Assembly (NCBI GenBank): GCA_046331705.1
Contig: JAXLQJ010000010.1
Location: forward strand, 62,001 to 126,000
Length of the DNA stretch: 64,000 bases
From: a bacterium
Lineage (GTDB): Bacteria > JADJOY01
Reading direction: 5' to 3'
Shown here: positions 52,342 to 60,804 of the stretch, piece after piece
How positions within the stretch are numbered: position 1 is the first letter of the stretch
Layout of the letters: every line of letters starts with the position of its first letter
The notes under the pieces: generated by a model
The model's database searches: none
Told to the model about the DNA's origin: nothing
The model's input: only the letters and a program-made list of their open reading frames with translations
Program-made: the position numbers and the translations under genes

Positions 52342-52650
52342 ATGCTCGAGCTGAGACCGACTTGCGAGCACTGCAACGTGGCGTTGCCGCCGGATTCGCG
52401 CGAGGCGCGGATCTGCTCGTACGAGTGCACGTTCTGCGCGCACTGTGTCGAGGTGCTGCTCGCGAACGTATGCCCGAACTGTGGTGGCGGGTTCGTGCCG
52501 CGACCGATCCGGCCGGCGCGCAACTGGAAGGGCGACAACTACCTCGGCAAGGACCCGGCGAGCACGAAGGTGAAGCATCGGCCGGTGGATCTCGCTGCGC
52601 ACGCGCGCTTCGTCGCCGAGCTGCGCGCGATTCCACCGCACGAGCGCTGA
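52342..52650 (+). CDS. DUF1272 family protein
   Basis: MLELRPTCEHC...ICSYECTFC..C...CPNCGGGF.PRP; SD ggagg. Confidence 0.88.
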   Translation: MLELRPTCEHCNVALPPDSREARICSYECTFCAHCVEVLLANVCPNCGGGFVPRPIRPARNWKGDNYLGKDPASTKVKHRPVDLAAHARFVAELRAIPPHER

Positions 52651-52769
52651 ATGACCGGCCAAGCATTGGAGCGGAAACGGCTCCCGCCGGTCCGGGAACG
52701 CGCGGCGGGACTGGTTCCCCGCCCTCCGCCTGCTCGCTCTCATCGTTGGCCGATGACTTGGGACTCGCG

Positions 52770-53279
52770 GTGATTCGCATCCGTCGGGCGCGTGCGATCG
52801 ATCCGATCCTTCTCACGGGGCTCGGTGCGTCGCTGGTGGATGCCATCGAGAGTGGGGCTTCGGTGGGGTTCTTGGCGCCGCTCGAGCGCGACACGGCGTT
52901 TCGCTACTGGGCGCAGGTGTCGGCGAGCCTGGGCCACGGCCTCGTGCTTTGGGTCGCGGAAGGGGAGGGAGGTCGTGGGTTCGGTGCAGCTCGCGCTCTG
53001 TGAGCGCGAGAACGCGCGTCACCGAGCCGAGGTGCAGAAGCTCTTCGTGCTGCGTAGCGCGCGCGGGATTGGGATTCCTCGCGCTCGATGGAGACGGCCG
53101 AAGGACACGCGCGCGTCGCCGGCCGTACGCTGCTCGTGCTCGACACCCAGGCAGGCTCGGCGGCAGAGTCCGTGTACGACCACCTCGGTTGGAAGCGGGT
53201 CGGTGAGGTTCCTGCCTACGCCGCGGCGCTCGACGGCGCGCTGCGCGCGACCGCGTACTATTACAAGGAGCTCCGGTGA
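52770..53279 (+). pseudogene. GNAT acetyltransferase with two frameshifts (near 52968 and 53075)
   Basis: Three frames join: GASVGFLAPL..W / VVGSVQL..NARHRAEVQKLFV..ARG.GI / LLVLDT..AE..Y..GW; first shift lies in a G run. Confidence 0.8.
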
Positions 53280-53803
53280 AGGAAGTGCTTCTGGCATTGG
53301 CTGCGGTGCTGGCGCCCGCGGACGGCGGCTTGGCGGAGGCCATCCGCGCCGCGATCGAGGCGCCGCAGCACTACGTCGAGACTCACGCCGCCACCGCCGA
53401 TCGACTCCAAGCCCTCGACGAGCCCGGCCGAAGGAAATGGCTGCCGTGGCTCGCGCTCGTCGATGAGCTGATCGCGCGCCATCGGGCCGTCGAGCTGGAT
53501 TGGAAGCTCGGCGCTGCGGACGTGATCTGGAATCTCGAGCAGCTCGCCGGCTACGCGGCGCTCTCCGACGCGCGCAAGGCGAGCATCACGGCGCAGCATT
53601 GCGAGGACACGACCCTCGATTGCTTGCGCGCGATCGCCAGGCTTCTCGGCGCGGATCAGCGAGTCCTCGCGGCCCTCGACATCGCGTCCGACTCGTACGT
53701 GCTGGTGCTGCTCTCGGACGCCGACTACGCGAAGGCGAGTCCGCTCGCGCACCGCGCCGGTTTCACGTTGAAGGACATTCGGACCTTCGATCCGAACGAG
53801 TAG
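53276..53803 (+). CDS. Hypothetical protein (DUF6630-like)
   Basis: ELDWK...IASDSYVL motif; GTGA overlap with the GNAT stop. Confidence 0.6.
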   Translation: MKEVLLALAAVLAPADGGLAEAIRAAIEAPQHYVETHAATADRLQALDEPGRRKWLPWLALVDELIARHRAVELDWKLGAADVIWNLEQLAGYAALSDARKASITAQHCEDTTLDCLRAIARLLGADQRVLAALDIASDSYVLVLLSDADYAKASPLAHRAGFTLKDIRTFDPNE

Positions 53804-53880
53804 CCGCGCGGCGGCGACTCGCGCTCCCTATCGGTGTCGCTCGCCGCGCGGAATCGCGTAGAGTGCGCGCGGTATCGCCA

Positions 53881-55236
53881 ATGACTCGGCATCCCGCACG
53901 CATTCTCTGGTTCGCGTGTCTCGTGCACGTCGTCGCTGCCTCGGCGGCGCGCGCGGAAGCGACCGGCTTTCTCGATACCGGTTTCTTCTCCGACGGCAAG
54001 ATCACCGTGGCGCCCTCGGGAGGCGATCCGCACGCGAACGCGGTGGCCGCGGCGCCCGACGGCCGCGTCGTGATCGCCGGGACACGCTTCTTCGCGAATG
54101 GTCAGAGCACGCTCTTCTGGTATTCGTTGAGCGACACCGCAACCGGCACGATCTGCTCGCCGATCTCGCCCGGGGGTGGGCTCTTTGCCAGCGCCAACGC
54201 CGCGACGTTCGACTCCGATGGGCGCTTGGTCGTGGTCGGCACCGCGTCGTTCGCCGGCACCGGTTACGACGTTCTGATCCTTCGCTACCTGTATCCGGCG
54301 TGCACGCTCGATTCGTCGTTCAGCGGCGACGGTGTCTACACCGTCGGGCTCAATCAGGCGGAGCACCTGAGCGACGTGGCGATCGACGGTCAAGATCGGA
54401 TCGTCGCCGCCGGCGACATTCTCGACGGATCCTCCAACCAGCGACTGCTCGTCCTGCGCTTGCAGATCAACGGCACGCCGGACACGTCCTTCAGCGGCGA
54501 TGGCCGGTTCGACCTCGATTGGGGCGCCGGCGCGGACTTCGGGCAAGTCGTGATCCAGGACGATGGCAAGATCGTCGCAGGCGGCACGATCGATGGCGGT
54601 GCGCTCGGTACCGTGTTCGCGGTGGTGCGGCTCACGAGCGGCGGCGTCCTCGATTCGACGTTCAGCGGCGACGGCGCGCTCGCGTTCGATTTCCCGTATG
54701 GCGAGGACGATCGTTTGACCGATCTCGCGATCGACCCGGTGACCGGGCGAGTGCTCGCGGCGGGTGCGTCCGACGACGCCGATACGGGTACCACGCGCTC
54801 GGCGGTGGCGCGGCTCACCAGCACCGGCACCCTCGACAGTACGTTCGACGGCGACGGCGTGTGGGTGGACAACGTGTACGACGTCGAGGCGATGGCGTCG
54901 ATCGTCCCGCAGAGCGACGGACGCATCCTGCTCGCGGGGGACGCGGCGAACGTCGGTGCGGACCGGAACTTCTTCGCCTACCGGCTCGACCACGACGGTG
55001 GCGTGGACTCCGGATTCGGTTTCTTCGGTGTATCGGAGGTGGCGTTCGACCTCGGTGGTGTCGACGACGATCTCGGGCTCGCGGGTGGTCTTCAGGCCGG
55101 CAAGCTCGTGATCGCGGGGAGCGCCGAAACCGCCGGCGAAACCCAGGCCGCCGTCGCGCGGCTGTGGAGCAGCTTCATCTTCGCCGACGGCTTCGAGCGC
55201 GGCTCCACGCGCACCTGGCTCTCGACCGCGCCTTGA
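53881..55236 (+). CDS. Secreted delta-60 repeat beta-propeller protein
   Basis: Signal peptide; repeats LDSSFSGDG / QDDGKIVAGG; C-terminal IFADGFE. Confidence 0.85.
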   Translation: MTRHPARILWFACLVHVVAASAARAEATGFLDTGFFSDGKITVAPSGGDPHANAVAAAPDGRVVIAGTRFFANGQSTLFWYSLSDTATGTICSPISPGGGLFASANAATFDSDGRLVVVGTASFAGTGYDVLILRYLYPACTLDSSFSGDGVYTVGLNQAEHLSDVAIDGQDRIVAAGDILDGSSNQRLLVLRLQINGTPDTSFSGDGRFDLDWGAGADFGQVVIQDDGKIVAGGTIDGGALGTVFAVVRLTSGGVLDSTFSGDGALAFDFPYGEDDRLTDLAIDPVTGRVLAAGASDDADTGTTRSAVARLTSTGTLDSTFDGDGVWVDNVYDVEAMASIVPQSDGRILLAGDAANVGADRNFFAYRLDHDGGVDSGFGFFGVSEVAFDLGGVDDDLGLAGGLQAGKLVIAGSAETAGETQAAVARLWSSFIFADGFERGSTRTWLSTAP

Positions 55237-55347
55237 CAGGACGAGTGTCCGTCACGCCGAGAGCGGCTCGCATGGAGCGCGGCCGCTCCGTCGGCCGCCC
55301 GCGAGCCTTCGCGGCGGAAACACGTACACGACGCAATCGCGCCGCGC

Positions 55348-56009
55348 TCACACCGGCTTGGCGAGGATCAGCTCGGACGGAAATCCGAGCTGGGTCACGA
55401 TCTCGCGTGTCGCGATGGTGAATCCCGCCTGTTCGAGCGCCGACGTGAGCGCCACCGGACGGCAGCCGCCGAGCAGTCGCGGCGCACGACGATAGAGCCA
55501 CAGATACGCCGCCCTCCTGCGGGGCGGCGGCTCGGCCATGTTCACGAGCACCAGGCGGCCGGTCGAGCGCAGCACCCGACGCAGCTCGGCGAGAACGCGC
55601 GCGATCCCCGCGGCCGGCATCAGATCGAGCATGTAGGAGTTGAGCACCAGATCGAACGAGGCGTTGGCGAACGGCAACGCGCACGCGTCCGCGCGATCGA
55701 GAGCGCGTGCTTGCCCGGCAGCCCGCGCACCTTGCGGCGCGCGCGCTCGAGCATCGCCGGCGTGAGGTCCACACCTTCGGTCCTGCCGTGCGGGTTCGCG
55801 TGGACCAGCGTCTCGAACGCGAGCCCGGTGCCCACGGCCACCTCCAGCACGTGCTCGCCGTCGCGGACGTGGGCCACGGCCAGCTCGCGCGCTCTCGATT
55901 CGGTGAGCCGCGCCCAGAAGTCGTACATCGGCGCCAGCCGCGTGTAGATCTTCGGGATCTCCTCCGGCGGAACGCCGGCAGGCTCCAGCGCACTGGCGAG
56001 CGTGGTCAC
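55348..56009 (-). pseudogene. Class I SAM-dependent methyltransferase, frameshift near 55692
   Basis: VLEVAVGTG, GVDLTPAML then DACALPFANASFDLV, ELRRVL in the next frame; shift lies in a gcgc repeat. Confidence 0.82.
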
Positions 56010-57481
56010 GGTTGCGATTTGGCTGGCGCCGCGGGCGGCGGCACGACGATGGCTTCCAGCACCAGGTCGGCGACCCAGCGGCCGTCAGCCTCGGGCACGA
56101 GCACGCAGCACCGCCGACGTTGGCGGCGTAGTACGTGCGGCGGACCGCGCGAGCCGGCTTGTCACCGTGCGCCGGTTCGGATGTCTCGATCAGCACGGCG
56201 TTCTCGAACGACCCCGCTGGAGTGATCACGCGCGCGGCCAGGGTCGGCCGAGTGAGCCGGCCATGCAGAACGCGCAGCGACAGGCCGAGGTCGTCGGCTC
56301 CGTCGAGCCAGCGAACTTTGCGCGATCGTCGGCGGTATCGCGGGGATCTCCCGTGGTGTCGCGCCACACCGAACGATTGGCTGCCACAGCACGCCATCCG
56401 TGCAGAGGAAGTACCGGCCTGCGTCGAGATCGAAGGCATGGGTTGCCGGATCGCCCGTGCCGACCTCCGAGCTCTTTGCAAGGGGAACGATCTCGATTCG
56501 AGCGAATGACAGGATGAGGCACGATCCGCTGGATCGTGTCGGGTGGAAGCACGACGCGTTCGACAAGCGTTCCACGCTTGGCGTCGCGATAGAGCCAGGA
56601 TCTTCCCAGGTGCTCGAATGGCAGCAGTATCTGCGTTCCCACTGATCCCGCGGGAAGCGGTTCGAGGGGAGCCGATCTCTGCGGCGACGGGATCGCGCGC
56701 GCAGGACAGTGCAGCGAGGTTCTGGGCGTCCGGCAAGCTGTCCGAATGGACCATCACCGTTGCTGGCTTCGCCTCGTAGGATTCGAGCTCGAGATCCGTG
56801 ATCCAGGTGCCGGTGGCGTTCTGCGTTGTTCGAGCACGGGGCCGACGTTTGCGGCGTAGAAGACGCGCCGTGCGGGCGGCGCGCAGGTTGGATCGGCGTG
56901 CTCTCGACCACCGCCGTGACCGGAAATCTCCCGGCGATGACCTCGACGAATGCTTTGCCGAGCACGCGATAGCGCGTATCGAGCCCGACCGGGCCCGTTT
57001 CCTCTTCCCGCGCTTGAGCAGGTCTACGTCGTTCGACGTGTCGTCCCAACTCAGCCCGGTGTGCAGCGGAAATTCGGTGGAAACCACACGCGCGGCGGAA
57101 GGTCTCCGGGCGTCACTCGCGCCAGGATCGCGCCAGTCGAGCGCATGACGTACCCATCGGCGCACAGCCATCCACCGTGAGCACTCGCTCGCGTCCCCAG
57201 CACCGTCGGTGCCGATCGCCACCGTCGCGGCGCCGCGCTCGTAGTGATGCCGTCGAGCATGTGGTCGATGCACTCGTAGTCCCCACTTCCGGATCTCGCG
57301 CCGCACCCGCGTCCCGTCAAGGCGCACGTAGCTCCGTGCGGCCAATCGGATCGACCGGGAAGGCCTCATGACATCCCCTGCACAGCCGGTAACTCCGCGA
57401 TCGGCCCCACCGTCGCGGCGTACGCCTATCCGCCGTGCTGGTCACGGCCAAGGCGAGCGCAAGCACGAGCACACGAATCAC
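56006..57481 (-). pseudogene. Secreted two-domain hypothetical protein (copy A; P..G..W.Y / AGxF / YAANVG domains), many frameshifts
   Basis: Signal-like VIRVLVLALAL; two similar domains ending VFYAANVG and TYYAANVG; stop overlaps the methyltransferase GTG. Confidence 0.65.
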
Positions 57482-57656
57482 GCCCCGAGCGTACGCCAAT
57501 CCGTGCCTCGCCGCGCGGCTTGGCGTATGCGGAAAGTGTGTTGCCGATCTCTCTTCCGCGGCACGCCGTGACGGCGTGCACAGCGGCGAGTTCTTTCGGG
57601 TCGGTGGCGGGCTCGGCGCACCATGCGCGTGCTCGGCGATTCCGCGCGCCGGCCCG

Positions 57657-58630
57657 ATGCTTGCTCTGCTCGCGCTTCTCGAGGGCAAGCGGCCATCGCG
57701 CGAGCATCCAGTCGTTCTCTTCACCCTGGCTGCGCTGGCGACGGCGGGTCGCGCAGCCGATGATGGCCGATGTGGGAGGAACCCAACGCACGCACCAGAG
57801 CACGGAGTCGGTCCCACCGCCGGCGCCGACGACGGCAACGTGGTTCGCCGCGATCTCGGCTGCGAGCTGAGCGTGAACACCGCAGCGACCATCGACTCCG
57901 CCGGCAATCTGTTTTTGGAACGTGGGGCGCAGTTCGCACCGACGGCGCAGTTGCCGACTTCGGACATCACCCATTGGACCAAGTTCGACGGCCGGGTCCA
58001 TGGGCTCACGTGGGATCTCGGCGCCGAGCTCTGGCCCGCGTTCGATCCCAACCCGGTGCCGCTTTGCTACTCGTACGACCCGGTCGCGAAGACCTGTGGA
58101 CGGGGCCACTTGAACAGCTTCAACGGCACCGTCGGGCTGCGCCGGCGGCTCGGCCCCGACAGCGTGCTCTACGTCGGGCGCGGGTACGGGAACCTCTACG
58201 CCATCGATCCGGTGCAGGGGCGTGCTGTGGTCGTTCCGCACGTTCAACCCGTGGACCCGGTGGATCCCGAAGGCGGCGGGCCATTCCGCCGCCGCTCATG
58301 CACGACGGCGTCGTCTGTTTCGCCACGTGGGTGCCGAGCGACATCGACAACGCCCAATGGGGACGAACGCCATCGGCGTCGACATCGCCGAGGGCTTCGT
58401 TCTGGCGCTATCCGAGCACCGAGGCGAGCCTTGCGGGTGAGCCGTTCGTCGCGGCACCAATTCGTTCACCCGCGGAAATCGTTCGTCTACTTCGCGTCGT
58501 TCGCGGACTTCGTCGACGGCGCGCTTCACGCGCAAGCACCTTTCGCGTTCCACACGCTACCGACCTCGGCGCCGGAGAGCCAGCGGATTGCGTGGATCCG
58601 CTGAGACCGCGGACGGGCCAGCAAGACTCC
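57657..58630 (+). pseudogene. PQQ-like/BamB-type beta-propeller fragment, frameshifted and 3'-truncated
   Basis: WPMW(G)GT..R-type start, ATIDSAGNLF, LYVGRGYGNLYAIDP, LWSF, PLMHDGVV spread across frames. Confidence 0.5.
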
Positions 58631-59281
58631 AACGTTTGCGGCGTAGAAGACGCGCCGTGCGGGCGGCGCACCGGGCTGAATCGGCGTGCTCTCGACCACC
58701 GCCGTGACCGGAAATCGCCCCGCGAGAACTTCCACCAGCGCTTTGCCGAGCACGCGATAGCGGGTATCCGGCTTGGCCGGTCCGGACTCCTCTTTGTGCG
58801 CGGGACCATCCACGTCGTTCGACATCCCATCCCACGTCAACCCGGAGCGGAGCGGGAACTCGAACGGAAACCAGGCGCGTGCTGGAAGGTCTCGAGGCAT
58901 CCACTCGCCGCCCGGGTCGCGCCAGTCGAGCCCGTGACGTACCCATCGGTCGCGACAGGCATCCACCGTGAGCACCCGCTCGCGCCGTGGCGCTCCGTCG
59001 CTTCCGATCGCCACCGTCGCGAGCGCGCGCTCGTAGCAATCGGTGCCGGAGAGATCTCGCAGGATGCACTCGTAGTCCCACTTCCGGATCTCGCGCCGCA
59101 CCCGCGTACCATCGCTGCGCACGTAGCTCCACGTGCGGCCGATCGGATCGACGGGGAAGGCCTCGCGGCCCATCCCCTCGGCCGCCGGCAGCTCCTCGAT
59201 CGGCCCCACCGTCGCGGCGCGGGCTGTCGCGGCCACACACGCGGCGACGACCAGCAGCGCGATCCCGAGCGCTCTACTCAT
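58526..59281 (-). CDS. Secreted hypothetical protein (copy B), paralog of domain 1 of copy A, apparently truncated after YAANVG
   Basis: Intact frame MSRALGIALL...VFYAANVG; nucleotide similarity to about 56843-57420 ends near 58630. Confidence 0.65.
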   Translation of the reverse strand: MSRALGIALLVVAACVAATARAATVGPIEELPAAEGMGREAFPVDPIGRTWSYVRSDGTRVRREIRKWDYECILRDLSGTDCYERALATVAIGSDGAPRRERVLTVDACRDRWVRHGLDWRDPGGEWMPRDLPARAWFPFEFPLRSGLTWDGMSNDVDGPAHKEESGPAKPDTRYRVLGKALVEVLAGRFPVTAVVESTPIQPGAPPARRVFYAANVGVLLARPRSQRIHAIRWLSGAEVGSVWNAKGACA

Positions 59282-59383
59282 GCAGCCGAGCTTACGCCGG
59301 CTCTGCGACCTAACGGTCGCGCCGATCTCGCGTACGAAAACCGTGGCGTTGGGCATCGTCCTCGCTCGACGCCGCGGATGCGG

Positions 59384-60571
59384 TCACGCTCCACGCTTGA
59401 GCCAAGACACGTCGGGCAGTCGTCGCCAAGGAACGACCTGGTGCTCGTGGCGGCGCTGAGCGGTATCGCCGCCGTAGACGAGCACGCCCGGGCGGACATC
59501 CGCGGCCGCCCCGATCGATCCGGGAAGCGCGAGCAGCCCGCGAAACGCGTCCTCTGCGACGGTCGCGCCGGACTTGCACTCGATCCCTCGTAGCTCGCGG
59601 CCGTGCTCGACGAGCAGGTCCAGCTCGACACCGCGCGTTTCGCGCAGGTGGTAGAGCCGCGGTTCCACGCCGCGATTCGCGTGAGCCTTCACGACCTCGG
59701 AAACGACCCAGCTCTCGAAGATCGCGCCGCGCAGCGGGTGCAAGCGGAGCTGCTCTTCCGTGGTGATGCCCAGCAGGTGGCACACCAGGCCGCTATCGAG
59801 CCAGTGAAGCTTGGGGCGTCGCACCAGGCGCTTGCGGGTGGTGCGATGCCAGGCGGGAACGAGCGTGACGAGGAAGCTCGCCTCGAGGGCGGTGAGCCAA
59901 GAGCGAGCCGTGAGGTGGGACACACCCGCGTCCGAGCCGAGCGCGCTCAGGTTCACTTCCTGGGCGGTGCGACCCGCGGCCAGACGGACGAAGGTGGTGA
60001 ACGCGGCGAGATTGGTGACCTCCAGCACCTGGCGGACGTCGCGCTGGACGTACGTGGCTACGTAATCACCGAGCCAACGGCTCGGCGACAGGGACTGATC
60101 GTGGATGCGCGGGTAGGCGCCGGTGAGCAGGTTCGCGAGCAGCGTCGCTGGCGGTTTCGGAAAGCGCGCCAGCTCGTCCCGCGATGGCGCGAGCAGGTGG
60201 AAGATGGCGGTGCGACCCGCGAGCGACTGGGCCACCGAGCTCGCGAGGCCGAAGTGCTGCGAGCCAGTGAGCACCCAGCGTCCTGGGCGAGGGTCCTCGT
60301 CAACCTCTGCTTGCAAATACGAGAGCAGATCCGGGACGTGCTGAACCTCGTCGAGGATCGCGCCGCCTGGATGATCGGCAAGGAAGCCCCGCGGATCAGC
60401 TCGGACGCGCTCGCGCTCGTCGAGACGCTCGAACGTGACGTAGGGCTTGCGCGGGAAGAGTGCCCGGCAGAGCGTGGTCTTGCCCGACTGACGCGGGCCC
60501 GTCACCGTGACGATCGGGTGCCGCCGCGCAGCTCGTACCAGCACCGTCGCGAGATTGCGGCGCACGCGCAT
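59384..60571 (-). CDS. AAA+ ATPase (AAA_14) with DUF4143 / PD-(D/E)xK-like C-terminus
   Basis: GPRQSGKT, ILDEVQ, LTGS, QSLAGR, GAYP, RDV, DSGL, FE, ELDL..IECK. Confidence 0.9.
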   Translation of the reverse strand: MRVRRNLATVLVRAARRHPIVTVTGPRQSGKTTLCRALFPRKPYVTFERLDERERVRADPRGFLADHPGGAILDEVQHVPDLLSYLQAEVDEDPRPGRWVLTGSQHFGLASSVAQSLAGRTAIFHLLAPSRDELARFPKPPATLLANLLTGAYPRIHDQSLSPSRWLGDYVATYVQRDVRQVLEVTNLAAFTTFVRLAAGRTAQEVNLSALGSDAGVSHLTARSWLTALEASFLVTLVPAWHRTTRKRLVRRPKLHWLDSGLVCHLLGITTEEQLRLHPLRGAIFESWVVSEVVKAHANRGVEPRLYHLRETRGVELDLLVEHGRELRGIECKSGATVAEDAFRGLLALPGSIGAAADVRPGVLVYGGDTAQRRHEHQVVPWRRLPDVSWLKRGA

Positions 60572-60606
60572 GCACTTTGTGTAAGTCCAACTTACAAAAA
60601 GTGCAA
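60571..60606. promoter_or_regulatory. AT-rich 15-bp inverted repeat at the AAA-DUF4143 start (operator/promoter)
   Basis: tgcactttgtgtaag-tccaa-cttacaaaaagtgca (14/15 match). Confidence 0.65.
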
Positions 60607-60678
60607 ATCGTTGTTGACTCTGGACGATTGCGCGTGGGAGCGTCGATCGTCAGGAGGGTGGGGCTTGCGGTGGGGGAG

Positions 60679-60793
60679 GCACCACGTCGATTCGAGCACC
60701 AGGTCGGCCACCCAGCGGCCGTCGGTCTCGGGCACGAGGACCAGTACAGGGCCGACGTTGGCGGCGTAGTACGTGCGCCGCACCGCGCGCGCC
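60679..60793 (-). repeat. Orphan fragment (copy C) matching the 3' end of copy A (about 56041-56155)
   Basis: Encodes RAVRRTYYAANVGPVLVLVPETDGRWVADLVLES; shares ccgacgttggcggcgtagtacgtgcg and agcaccaggtcggc with copy A. Confidence 0.8.
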
Positions 60794-60804
60794 CACGTCT
60801 GAGC

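Noticed and set aside
51190-55700. Programmed ribosomal frameshifting in the ABC ATPase, GNAT and methyltransferase
   Set aside because: No slippery heptamers or stimulatory structures; indels are clustered regionally and these families are not known to recode
56041-60793. Copy C versus the 3' end of copy A as a DGR template/variable repeat pair
   Set aside because: The length (about 115 bp) and 3' position fit, but mismatches are mostly C/G third-position changes rather than adenine-specific, and no reverse transcriptase is in the window
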